Part shown: positions 35,188-44,003 of the stretch, in pieces
Position numbering within the stretch: the stretch's first letter is position 1
How the letters are laid out: the number at the start of each line of letters is the position of its first letter
Assembly: GCA_964358315.1 (NCBI GenBank)
Contig: CAYHOF010000004.1
Location: 2,431-66,430 of the forward strand
Origin: an uncultured Methanosarcinales archaeon
GTDB lineage: Archaea > Nanobdellota > Nanobdellia > Woesearchaeales > ARS49
Direction: 5' to 3'
DNA length: 64,000 bases
The notes under the pieces: generated by a model
The model's input: the letters and a program-made list of their open reading frames with translations, nothing else
The model's database searches: none
What the model was told of the DNA's origin: nothing
Position numbers and translations under genes: made by a program

Positions 35188-36078
35188 TCAGAGCGCTTCG
35201 ACCAGCTCGCGCACGTATATTTCTTGTGATCGAGGGGGAGTAGGGGTTGTACGCGGTGTGGGTGGTGCTCTCAGGCCGGCGAGGCGTTGCAGCGCGTCAA
35301 GCATGGGTGCCATGCCGAGGCGCTTCTCAGGGTCGTCGCAAAGATTGCCTTCGATCGCTTCGCGCAGCGCGCCGCGCAACGGACCATACCGTTCCAGATG
35401 GTTGTCTTCCAGGGTTGCCGCGAACGCATATGCATCTTGGCAGGGGTGTCCTGGTATGTCGACATCTGCGACACGCGCGGCGGCAAGTTCAGGAGGCTCG
35501 CGGCCAGGCGTGTATGTGCGTGGCGCGAGCGGATCTGCGGTGCCGATCCCGAGCGCAGGACCGAAATCGATGAGGCGCGTTTCGAGCGAATCACCGTCGA
35601 TGACCATGTTCTCGGCCTTGACATCGCGCTGCACCATGCCGTTGTACTCTTGCGTTGTGGTCTCGTGGAGGTCCATGAGGCCCCGCGCGGCGTAGGCAAG
35701 ATGAGCATAGAATCTCTTACGGGGTAAGGGATCCGCGCTCTGCACTGTCTTGCGACGATATGGCGTCGCGATACAGGGCACCTCCTGCCCGTCAGGAGCG
35801 GTGAATCGCAGGCCGACAAGCGGCATCACGTACTGCGACGCGGCAGCCGCGCGTCGGTGCCAGAACAATTCGCGTTCGATAACTTGAGATTGGAGGAGTT
35901 TGTATGCGATCTTGATGAACACGCGCTGCCGCGTCGTGCCATCATCGAACGCGGCGGTGTAATAGTTGTCGTCGCGGCCATAGCGAAAGACGCGGACGTC
36001 GGTCAGCGCGCAGTTAGGACGCAGTGCCTTGAGCTTGGCTAGTTTGCACGTACCCATCTTCAACCCACTGTGACGCAC
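35188..36078 (-). CDS. Eukaryotic-like Ser/Thr protein kinase domain protein (paralog)
   Basis: 'MVQRDVKAENMVI' and 'LIDFGPALG'. Pro/Thr-rich C-terminal tail. Confidence 0.65.
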   Translation of the reverse strand: MRHSGLKMGTCKLAKLKALRPNCALTDVRVFRYGRDDNYYTAAFDDGTTRQRVFIKIAYKLLQSQVIERELFWHRRAAAASQYVMPLVGLRFTAPDGQEVPCIATPYRRKTVQSADPLPRKRFYAHLAYAARGLMDLHETTTQEYNGMVQRDVKAENMVIDGDSLETRLIDFGPALGIGTADPLAPRTYTPGREPPELAAARVADVDIPGHPCQDAYAFAATLEDNHLERYGPLRGALREAIEGNLCDDPEKRLGMAPMLDALQRLAGLRAPPTPRTTPTPPRSQEIYVRELVEAL

Positions 36079-36116
36079 GGTGGCGTTCTCCCTATATAAA
36101 TTTGAGGCCGAAAAGG

Positions 36117-36124
36117 TTTATAAG
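36117..36124 (+). promoter_or_regulatory. TATA box 'tttataag' ~20 nt upstream of the ATG at 36142 (leaderless arrangement). A divergent 'ctatataaa' at 36092–36100 faces the kinase gene.
   Basis: Same octamers recur at 5169, 37686 and 52968. Confidence 0.45.
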
Positions 36125-36141
36125 GCCGTCGTGTATCGGCA

Positions 36142-36666
36142 ATGACCATGGAACGAGGTGTGCGCAAAGGGCTTGTGCGTCGGATCGTCGAGCATGTCGC
36201 GTGGCGCCTGTTCATCAGCGTCGTGTACATCACCGGTCTCACGATGCTCATCCCGTTCATCTTCTTCGTCGTGTTCCCAAGCGACCTGGGCGTCGTGTCA
36301 TCCTCGACACCGACCACGCTCGTGTGGACCGCGGCGTCCATGATCATCATAAGCTTCTTCGTCACGCTCGCGTACCAGAAGTCGCTTGGCCGATCGCTCA
36401 AGGCGCTCGGGCGCGTCACGTTCATCCCGGGCCTTATCGGACTCGTGTTCTCGATGTTCGGACGCGACCTGCTCTTGCTGTATTTCGCAGGCACCAATCC
36501 TGCCTTTGTGCAGATCAAGCAGCTCATCGAGCTCTACATCGACACGGCCGTGCCGCGCGTGCGTTACCTGACGTTCGCGTTCTTCGTGCTGGGCATGGTG
36601 CTCTGGCTTGTGGGCGATAAGCTCGAGACCGACGAGCTCATCATGAAAGCCAGGCACACACATTAA
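36142..36666 (+). CDS. Membrane protein, hypothetical (174 aa)
   Basis: Four or five hydrophobic helices. Good codon usage. Confidence 0.5.
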   Translation: MTMERGVRKGLVRRIVEHVAWRLFISVVYITGLTMLIPFIFFVVFPSDLGVVSSSTPTTLVWTAASMIIISFFVTLAYQKSLGRSLKALGRVTFIPGLIGLVFSMFGRDLLLLYFAGTNPAFVQIKQLIELYIDTAVPRVRYLTFAFFVLGMVLWLVGDKLETDELIMKARHTH

Positions 36667-37664
36667 GAAAGGGCGTTTGTTATCGCGGCGAGCGCTTCAT
36701 CGATGCCCTGTTTGTTCTTGGCGGAGATGCGCAGCGCGACGAGCTTCTTCGGCAGCTCGAACTTCTCGTACTCGACGCCCACATCCGCTTTGTTGATGAG
36801 CACGATGATGGGTGTGTTGAAGTCCTCCTGGATGTCCTTGAGCAGGCGCAGCTGTTCGTCCATCGAGAAGCCGCAGTGACCTGTCGGGTCGATGACGAAG
36901 AGCACGACGTTCGCAAGATGTTTGACCGCGAGCGCGGCGCGCGCCTCGATCGTGTTGCGCTTGTGCTGCGGACGATCCAGCAGGCCTGGCGTGTCGATGA
37001 ACTGCAATTCGTGCTCGCCGATTGTCGCATAGCCGAGCATCAAGTGCTTGGTCGTGAACGGGTAGGGCTTGATCTCGGGTTTCGCGCCGGTGAGTGCGTG
37101 CAGCAGCGTGCTCTTGCCGACATTCGGCACGCCGGCGATGACGACTGTGGGCATCGAGGTCTTGAGCGAGGGCAAGTCCTTGAACGCCTTGCGGCACACT
37201 TCGAGATACGCGAGCTCTTTCTTGACGCGTTTGAGCGTGCTCGCGCATCTGCCGTAGTACGCGCGGCGCAATGCGTTGATCTTGGTGAGGTCATGGCAGT
37301 CGCCGATGAGGTGGCCGTACTCGGTCGTGAACTCGTCGATCTTGTCCATCGCCCAGTGGACGGCGCCGATCGCGTGCTTGAGCTCGTCGACACTCACGAC
37401 TGTCTGGATGATTTCTTGGTAAAATGCAGGGAGATTGTTGATGCTCGGGTATGCCGTGATGATGGTGTCGAGCTGGCGCTTGAGCGTGCGGCCTGCGCCG
37501 TAGACGCGCTGCTGTTCGGCGCGCTGGGACTTCTTGAGTCGCGTGATGTCGCTGCGCCCTTTGATGTCCTTGTGCGCGAAGTCGCGTCGCTCGCGCGCGG
37601 CGCGGAACGCCATGTCGAGCAGGGTTTCCGGGTCCTCGACTTTGCTGAGGGAAATGAACGTCAT
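36663..37664 (-). CDS. Nog1-family GTPase (archaeal NOG1 homolog)
   Basis: G1 'GVPNVGKST', G3 'DTPG', G4 'NKAD'. N-terminal helical NOG1_N-like region. The TATA 'ctatataaag' at 37686–37695 is 26 nt upstream on the minus strand. Confidence 0.75.
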   Translation of the reverse strand: MTFISLSKVEDPETLLDMAFRAARERRDFAHKDIKGRSDITRLKKSQRAEQQRVYGAGRTLKRQLDTIITAYPSINNLPAFYQEIIQTVVSVDELKHAIGAVHWAMDKIDEFTTEYGHLIGDCHDLTKINALRRAYYGRCASTLKRVKKELAYLEVCRKAFKDLPSLKTSMPTVVIAGVPNVGKSTLLHALTGAKPEIKPYPFTTKHLMLGYATIGEHELQFIDTPGLLDRPQHKRNTIEARAALAVKHLANVVLFVIDPTGHCGFSMDEQLRLLKDIQEDFNTPIIVLINKADVGVEYEKFELPKKLVALRISAKNKQGIDEALAAITNALS

Positions 37665-37749
37665 GGCGCTGTTTCCGCGTCCTCCCTATATAAAGCCTCA
37701 TGCGGCACCAACAATCTTTTATAGCAGTCCCTACTCGCGGGAAGTTACT

Positions 37750-39015
37750 ATGAGTCGATTTTCCTATAGCCTTGACATAGGCGAGGAACTCGAACGCGAA
37801 AAAGAGGTCAAGCGTAAGTTGGCGCAGTCGCGGGAGAGGAGCGAGGATGAGGAGGAGAAAGTCCGTCTTGATCCGAAGTTCGAGCAGGAAATACTAGCCC
37901 TTGCCGAAGACCAGCCTGTGGTCCAAGAGGATGATTCTATCGTCATCACGCCTGCCAAAGTCGAGAAACCCAGACCTATCGCGAGCGAGGTTCGTGTGCC
38001 AAAGAAGGCGCCCGTGGAACCCAGGCCCGAGCCCAAACTCGAGAAGGCTAAACCCGAACCCAAAACAGAACCCGCACCCAAACCCGTTCCTAAGAGCGAA
38101 CCAAAACCGAAACAACTCAAGGAGTCCCCGAAGGTCGTCGTGAAGGAACCCGTCAAGGAAGTCAAGCCTGCCAAGAAGGTCTCTGAGAAAAAGACGCAGG
38201 ACAAGAGTCAGGAGGCGACATCAAAGAAAACGGTCGTCGTCCCTGTCCCTTCTGTCGCTCCCGCGCCGACGCCCGAACCAAAACCATTGCAGGTCGAGCC
38301 GCGCACGCCAGGGGACGGCACCGGCCGCCTGGTCGTCGCGCTCCTCCTCATCTCGATCATCGCCGTCGTCCTCATCTACACCGGGCTCGCGTCCGAGCAG
38401 GCGGCAACGCAAGTCTCCTGTTATCAACAATGGGCGTCCGAGAACAAGATCAGCCTCGTCTCGCTTGACAACCTCACCGGCGCCCGTCAGTACTGGTTCA
38501 AGCGCGCGCTGCTTGCCGACAACGAAGCAGAAGCGGCCGCGCTCATGCGCATGGCGCTCTGCGACGGCAAAGAAGTGACCCAGAACAGCAACCCTCTCGA
38601 GTTCACGCGCTGCGCGCCCGACCACTTGTTCGCTATCGATGAGGACGACGTGCGCGCGGTCGCGAACATCTCGGTGTCATCGAGCTGCGACGCGCTGGGC
38701 GCGGTCATCACGTGCGACAACGGGTACATGGTCGATGGCTTGGTCGCGTTCGGCGCAGACGGCCCGCCCAAATACTTCATCGCCAAGTCAGGCGGCGCGT
38801 ACACGATCGTCGCAAGCGGCAACAAGACGAAGAACGAAGCGCTCACCGTCCTCTCTGACCGCGAGGGCACGTTCGTGGCGTTCACGCTGCCGGTGCAGAA
38901 CAGGGAAATGATGGTCATGAAATTCTTCGTGGGCGACGAGTTCACGTCGTTCAGGCGCGCCTACCTCGACCATGCTGATGGCGGCGAACGCACGCTCGTC
39001 TACGCGCTCGTGTGA
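37750..39015 (+). CDS. Membrane protein: K/E/P-rich low-complexity cytoplasmic N-terminus, single TM helix, C-terminal extracytoplasmic domain
   Basis: Start taken at MSRFSYS (M73 of the ORF-track frame). A TATA 'cttttatagc' sits 30 nt upstream. TM helix 'LVVALLLISIIAVVLIYTGL'. Confidence 0.55.
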   Translation: MSRFSYSLDIGEELEREKEVKRKLAQSRERSEDEEEKVRLDPKFEQEILALAEDQPVVQEDDSIVITPAKVEKPRPIASEVRVPKKAPVEPRPEPKLEKAKPEPKTEPAPKPVPKSEPKPKQLKESPKVVVKEPVKEVKPAKKVSEKKTQDKSQEATSKKTVVVPVPSVAPAPTPEPKPLQVEPRTPGDGTGRLVVALLLISIIAVVLIYTGLASEQAATQVSCYQQWASENKISLVSLDNLTGARQYWFKRALLADNEAEAAALMRMALCDGKEVTQNSNPLEFTRCAPDHLFAIDEDDVRAVANISVSSSCDALGAVITCDNGYMVDGLVAFGADGPPKYFIAKSGGAYTIVASGNKTKNEALTVLSDREGTFVAFTLPVQNREMMVMKFFVGDEFTSFRRAYLDHADGGERTLVYALV

Positions 39016-39455
39016 TTGTTGAGAAGGCCGCGTCGGACCGTTTCTTCCACGAAGCCATGTAATTCTGCGACGTAGCCTTGGCATGCGTGCGCTTTCTTGA
39101 AGTCAGCCACGGTCATCCACTTGATGGTGTTGAGCTCGGTCGAGCGCGGCGCGATGGTGTCGTCGGTGGCGACCACTGCGAAGCAGAGTTGGTTCACGGG
39201 AATCTCCTGTCGTTTGAAGACGCATTCGCCGATGTACGTGAGGGATCCTTCATCGACCGGGATGCCGACTTCCTCCGCTATCTCGGCGAAGATGCGCTTG
39301 CGCATCGTTTCGTCCCCTTCCAGCCTGCCGCTCGGGAACACCACGCTCCCGGGCTTGAACGCGTCGCCATCGCCGCGCACGCCGAGCAGGAAGTGATTGC
39401 GGTCCTTGCTCACGATGAGCGCCGCGACCGAGATGTAGCGCAGGTGGTCATCCAT
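39000..39455 (-). CDS. NUDIX hydrolase
   Basis: Nudix box 'GGRLEGDETMRKRIFAEIAEEVGI'. Start taken at MDDHLRYI. Overlaps the upstream methyltransferase gene by 8 nt. Confidence 0.65.
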   Translation of the reverse strand: MDDHLRYISVAALIVSKDRNHFLLGVRGDGDAFKPGSVVFPSGRLEGDETMRKRIFAEIAEEVGIPVDEGSLTYIGECVFKRQEIPVNQLCFAVVATDDTIAPRSTELNTIKWMTVADFKKAHACQGYVAELHGFVEETVRRGLLNNHTSA

Positions 39456-40053
39456 CGTTGCCTTTGAGAATATAGTGTAAGAAGACGCTCTTGCCTGCGG
39501 CGACACGGTCATGGTGGACGACGGTGAACGATCGTTGCATGTACTGTCGTAGCTCGTCATCGGTGTAGTACGAGAACCATCGTCGCATGACTTCGTCGTC
39601 ACCATTGAGTCCTTCACCAGCACCTTCCTTCATGGCGAAGAGCACATGTCCTGTCGGTGAGAGGATACGTTTCAGATTGTCGAGCGCGTTGGGAAAATTC
39701 TTCTTTGGGACGTGCAACAACGATGTGTAGGCAACGACGCCCTCGAAGCTGTTGTGCTCGACCCGAAGGTCCTCAAGGTCCATCACGTGTGCCCGCAACC
39801 CCTTCTCCTTGCACAGACGCACCATTTCCGGCGACAGGTCGACGCACACCACAGGATGGCCTTGTGCCTGCACGTACGCCGCCTTGTTGCCCGTGCCGCT
39901 GCCGATGTCGAGCACCGGCGCGCCAGGAGGCAGCATGCTCAAGAACAGGTCGACCACGGGCTTGCCGATGCGCTGGAACGAACCCTCGAACGTTCCATCC
40001 AACGCACGCGCATGCGCGTCGTAGGCACGCACGGTCTCGGCTTTGTATTCCAT
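39448..40053 (-). CDS. Class I SAM-dependent methyltransferase
   Basis: Motif I 'VLDIGSGTGN'. 201 aa. Confidence 0.65.
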   Translation of the reverse strand: MEYKAETVRAYDAHARALDGTFEGSFQRIGKPVVDLFLSMLPPGAPVLDIGSGTGNKAAYVQAQGHPVVCVDLSPEMVRLCKEKGLRAHVMDLEDLRVEHNSFEGVVAYTSLLHVPKKNFPNALDNLKRILSPTGHVLFAMKEGAGEGLNGDDEVMRRWFSYYTDDELRQYMQRSFTVVHHDRVAAGKSVFLHYILKGNDG

Positions 40054-40107
40054 GCATCGGGTGGCAGAAAAAAAGAATAAAAGATTATGCGTTCCCGACT
40101 ACACACG

Positions 40108-41190
40108 TCACTCGAGCGCCACCCGCATGGTCGCGGAGTAGGTGTGCTGGAAGCCCTCGTTGTGCGCTTGCTGCATCTCCCGCTCGACCTGTAGGGAATT
40201 AGTGTATGCGTGCTCGAGGTCCTCATCAGGCATGCTGTCGGTGACGTGCAGCAGGCGTTCGACCTCGGTGTACTTTTTGTCGAGGTTGTGCAGTTCACCC
40301 TGGATGAGGCCGCATTCGCGCGCTCGCTGCCGCAGCATCGCGATGTTCTTGATGTTCGCGCCTGATGCGTAGTCGTGCAGCACCTGGTCGATGTACATGC
40401 CTTTCTCCATGATGATCGAGGCTTGTTTGGCCACGCACTGATACTTGGCCCTCATCGAGATGTACTGCACCTTGTTGATCTTTGCGATGCGGGTATGCAC
40501 TCCTGCATGCCGCACATAATCCCCCTGGCTATTGTCGGCGGACGCGAGCACCTGCTTCTTGCGCGCGCGTTCTTTGCCGAGCTCCATGCGCTCGTGCGCG
40601 CTCTGTGCATGCAGTGCGCCTTCAGTGAGATAGTCGATCTCCTGTGCTCTCTCGCGCATGAGTTCGTCCATCTCCTGCGCTTTGCCGATATACTCGATGC
40701 TCTTGATCTTGTTGTCGGCTTCCATCGCGCCGTACTCATCGAGGCGTTCCCGACAATAGCTCGCGATTTCACGCGCCTGCTTGAGTGTCGCGTCAAAGCA
40801 CTGCTTGTATTGTTTGATGCGCTCCGCGAGGATCCGTGCCTCGATGCCTTCGCGCGATTGACGGGTGCGCTCGCCCACCCGCAGCCCTGTCGAGTCGCCG
40901 GCCTTCTCCGCGACTCCACTGAGCCACAGCTTGACCCGGTCGCCCAGCGTGTACGCGTCCTTGATGTCCTCGCCGCCCGACACGACCGCGTACACGTCGC
41001 CATTATGTCGTTGCGAAAGTTCGTCCGCATCCATGCTCCTGGCGCTGCCATGGAAGAGCTTGTTCGACTCCTCGACGTACGCCTCGAGACTGGCAGTGTG
41101 CCGACGCTTGGGCGTCGGCGCGCCGTTCTTGACTTCAGGCGGCGCGGTGCCGTTGGCGCCAGGTTGCGCGTTGCCGTTGCGCTGCGTCAT
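40108..41190 (-). CDS. Hypothetical alpha-helical/coiled-coil protein. The ORF-track frame extends to 41220.
   Basis: The start at MTQRNGN gives an ATGA overlap with the upstream small membrane protein gene. No recognised domain. Confidence 0.45.
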   Translation of the reverse strand: MTQRNGNAQPGANGTAPPEVKNGAPTPKRRHTASLEAYVEESNKLFHGSARSMDADELSQRHNGDVYAVVSGGEDIKDAYTLGDRVKLWLSGVAEKAGDSTGLRVGERTRQSREGIEARILAERIKQYKQCFDATLKQAREIASYCRERLDEYGAMEADNKIKSIEYIGKAQEMDELMRERAQEIDYLTEGALHAQSAHERMELGKERARKKQVLASADNSQGDYVRHAGVHTRIAKINKVQYISMRAKYQCVAKQASIIMEKGMYIDQVLHDYASGANIKNIAMLRQRARECGLIQGELHNLDKKYTEVERLLHVTDSMPDEDLEHAYTNSLQVEREMQQAHNEGFQHTYSATMRVALE

Positions 41191-41540
41191 TGCGACCACC
41201 TCGGTTGCGCACTCGCCCATTGCGTGCGCGGCTCCTCGCGCGGCATGTAATTCTTGTGGAAGCCCTCGATGAGCGAGCGCTCGACGAGGTCCGGTGCTCG
41301 TTTCATGTCCCGGAACAGGCCGTCCACGCGGTAGTCGATGCCGCCGAGCTGGAAGTCGCGCGTGATCGGCTGCACGACGCCACTCGCCCTGTCTTTCACG
41401 ACGTACTGTTCACCATTGACTTCCACCGCGTACTGGAAGCCTGCTTCGGCACTGCGTCCTATCCTGTATCCTGCATAGAGTGCGATGCCCGCGATCGCGG
41501 TCGCACAACACATATCTTTTAGCCATCCCATCAGTAACAC
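41187..41540 (-). CDS. Small membrane-anchored protein (117 aa)
   Basis: N-terminal TM helix 'MCCATAIAGIALYAGY'. Translationally coupled to the gene at 40108..41190. Confidence 0.45.
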   Translation of the reverse strand: MLLMGWLKDMCCATAIAGIALYAGYRIGRSAEAGFQYAVEVNGEQYVVKDRASGVVQPITRDFQLGGIDYRVDGLFRDMKRAPDLVERSLIEGFHKNYMPREEPRTQWASAQPRWSQ

Positions 41541-41623
41541 CTCCGATGTGAACTATTCTATGACGGCATCTTTAAAGGAAATTCCGACGAGAAAACCGGA
41601 GGACGTGTACCGTCGTACGGAAA

Positions 41624-42103
41624 CTATTGACTTGTTGCCGGAAGATATCCGGCATTTGTCGTTGTATCCGGAACAGTTCCGGCATCGGCAAGCACGTTTT
41701 CACGCACCACTTCACGACAGACGCTGTGCTGTTGTACGTGCGCGGCATCCTTGGTGAGTCGGTGGTGCAGCCACGTCTGTTCATTGTCGTCGTGGGCCAC
41801 CGTCTCCACAAGATAGCATCCTTGGGGCAGACGCGACAATGTGTTGAGTTGTGTGAGTTGCTTAGTCCGCTGCAACCACGCGGTCCGCATCCTCGGCCGC
41901 GGCCTGACGATCCAGATCGTGTGGTGTGCGAGACCCAGCGCCCGGAAATCCAGCAATGCCGTGCACCGCGTCACACGCGTGGCGATGCACTGCTTGACGC
42001 GCTCGCTTGTCGTCGTGAACGGCCAGCCCAGCCGCTGAGCGATGTCAGTGTACGTCGTCCTGCAATCCTGCCGCAACAACCGAAGAAGGGGTTCGTGTTC
42101 CAT
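41624..42103 (-). CDS. Lrp/AsnC-family transcriptional regulator. A sub-region of the 395-aa ORF-track frame.
   Basis: 'MEHEPLLRLLRQDCRTTYTDIAQRLGWPFTTTSERVKQCIATRV...' is an HTH followed by a RAM-like 'TIWIVRPRP...CYLVETVAHD'. The upstream part of the long frame looks non-coding. Confidence 0.55.
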   Translation of the reverse strand: MEHEPLLRLLRQDCRTTYTDIAQRLGWPFTTTSERVKQCIATRVTRCTALLDFRALGLAHHTIWIVRPRPRMRTAWLQRTKQLTQLNTLSRLPQGCYLVETVAHDDNEQTWLHHRLTKDAAHVQQHSVCREVVRENVLADAGTVPDTTTNAGYLPATSQ

Positions 42104-42496
42104 ACCAACACACACGCAACGATTCTTCTTATGCGTTGCGCCAAAAAATCCGTGATTCCTCCGGCGCAGCCTTTTTTCGCTCCCACGAAAAAAGCCTGGG
42201 GAAACAGCTGTTGTGCTCGCTGTATTCTCGTGTGCACCGGACGTTGTTCCGTTAGGTTCACATGATACTCCGTAATTCTTCCGGGCCAGCTTTTTCTCGC
42301 GAAGAAACACCGCGCGTTTCTTGCGCACGGAACTCTGTTCCGTTGCGCTCGCGCTCGAAAAACAACGAAGCGGAGCTTCGTGTTCACGGAGCCAGGCTCC
42401 GTTGAACCTGGGAAAACTGCTGTTGTTTGGACTGCACACCGTGAAGATTATTAAGGACCCAATCGCATGCTTGTCGTGTCTGAAGAAGGATCGACC

Positions 42497-42883
42497 ATGG
42501 CAACTAACCATCTTGACGCGCGAGGCAAGGGAGTGTACACGTACGACTACGACAATGACATCTTGTTGTTCTGCGTCAAAGATAGGGAGTACGCCCGCTC
42601 GCTTGATTTCGAGGGAATCGTCGTCGATGTCGATACAGAAGGACTCGTCAAAGGCATCCAGGTCTTCGATGCGGCAAAGACGTTCAGGATCCCGAAACTC
42701 CATCTCAAGAATATTTCCGGCTTTGAGTTCTACGCGAGCGTGGACCACAACATCGTGCAGGTCCAGTTGAGGTTCATGTACGTGTCGCGCAACAAACAAA
42801 AGGTCGTGCAAGGACAGGATTTCGTCCGTGAAGCGGTCAATGCACGTCTCAAGAACGGTGAAGTGCGTTGCAGTGTGGCATGA
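42497..42883 (+). CDS. DUF2283-family protein
   Basis: 'VYTYDYDNDILLFCVKDREYARSLDFEGIVVDVDTEGLVKGIQVFDA' fits the DUF2283 pattern. Start taken at MATNHLD. Confidence 0.5.
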   Translation: MATNHLDARGKGVYTYDYDNDILLFCVKDREYARSLDFEGIVVDVDTEGLVKGIQVFDAAKTFRIPKLHLKNISGFEFYASVDHNIVQVQLRFMYVSRNKQKVVQGQDFVREAVNARLKNGEVRCSVA

Positions 42884-43025
42884 TGGACCTCAAAGCCGTC
42901 GTACGTGTCGAGGCAGCGTGGAAGCGCTACGAACAGGGCAAATTCAAGAGCATGCCATTTGACAAATTCTTGAGAGAATTTGATACGTGGTAGATGGATG
43001 CTCTTTCATCCGGTTCAACGGTGTG

Positions 43026-43712
43026 TCACACGTATCGTTGATAACCGAGACTTTTTAGCCGTATCCGTCCTGGGAACCACGTCATGAGCCAATCCACATA
43101 CACTTCGTGCGGAATCCCACCTGTTTTTTTGGACGGGTGTTCTGTGAGAAAGTCGTCAAAGAACGCGGCATGATACGCGAGGAGCGATCGCATCTCTTTT
43201 TCCATTCTCGTGCCTTTGAGTACATGGACGCGGGTCTCCGTGATGATCAAATTCGGTTCTGGCTTGACCAGGATGAATGCTTCGTCATGCAATTGGAATT
43301 CTCCACGAGGTTTGTGCTCGCCCCTCAATGTGAGGAGGCGGGTCATTCGTGGACCCTCTCTCAGGAATAACATGGTGAACCCAAGACGGTAGAGAAGCAT
43401 GTCGAAGAGCTGTTCGTCAGAGCATCGGATTGCGCACAACGATGGTCCGAACTCGTGCTCGCTGGTCATCTCGTCATCATCGTTGAACGCGAGTTCTTTC
43501 GTTTGGCCATGGCCGACAAGAAACTCGGATTCGTTGCAGAACTGCCACAAAATCTTCAACTGAAGGAATGGCCTGATGCGGTCGTTAATCAAAAATTGCT
43601 GGAACGAGTCGGGATTCTTGCGAGCGTAGAGAGGGAAATCGACCCATGCATCAGGAGGAAAGACAACGCCCAAACGTTCGGACGCTATCCGTAGAAGCGG
43701 TTGCAATTCCAC
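43026..43712 (-). CDS. Hypothetical protein. GTG start in the ORF-track frame, abutting the tRNA.
   Basis: 228-aa frame with protein-like composition. No domain recognised. The true start is uncertain. Confidence 0.35.
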   Translation of the reverse strand: MELQPLLRIASERLGVVFPPDAWVDFPLYARKNPDSFQQFLINDRIRPFLQLKILWQFCNESEFLVGHGQTKELAFNDDDEMTSEHEFGPSLCAIRCSDEQLFDMLLYRLGFTMLFLREGPRMTRLLTLRGEHKPRGEFQLHDEAFILVKPEPNLIITETRVHVLKGTRMEKEMRSLLAYHAAFFDDFLTEHPSKKTGGIPHEVYVDWLMTWFPGRIRLKSLGYQRYV

Positions 43713-43787
43713 TGGGCCATGAGGGATTTGAACCCTCGACCTACCGGTTAAGAGCCGGTTGCTCTAGCCAGGCTGAGCTAATGACCC
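43713..43787 (-). tRNA. tRNA-Lys (anticodon CTT)
   Basis: Reverse complement GGGTCATTAGCTCAGCCTGGCTAGAGCAACCGGCTCTTAACCGGTAGGTCGAGGGTTCAAATCCCTCATGGCCCA folds as a cloverleaf: 7-bp acceptor stem, D arm GCTC/GAGC, anticodon stem CCGG/CCGG with loop CTCTTAA, T arm GAGGG/CCCTC. CCA is not encoded. A TATA-like 'TTTAAAAA' lies ~30 nt upstream on the minus strand. Confidence 0.8.
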
Positions 43788-44003
43788 GATAGTGCGGCTT
43801 TGCCTTCGGCGCGTTTTTAAAGGTTTCTGCGAAACATCCCATCGCGTGGCGTCACCTTGTCGCGTGCCCCCGTGATGGCTGGTTTCTCGGACCAATCGTC
43901 CTACGCGGTCATTTATATACTCCGGCGATCGTTCCACCGTAACCTATATATATGCCCCCGGGCTTTTTGTGAGTAACAGAGAGAAGGAAGTGCGAGAAGG
44001 AAG

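Noticed and set aside
41485-41757. 90-aa plus ORF overlapping the lrp 3' end
   Set aside because: Overlaps a gene with clear Lrp/AsnC homology on the other strand. Poor composition.
43788-44003. Possible integration hotspot or genomic-island junction at tRNA-Lys
   Set aside because: No integrase, attachment-site direct repeat or transposase found within reach. The flanking genes are ordinary.
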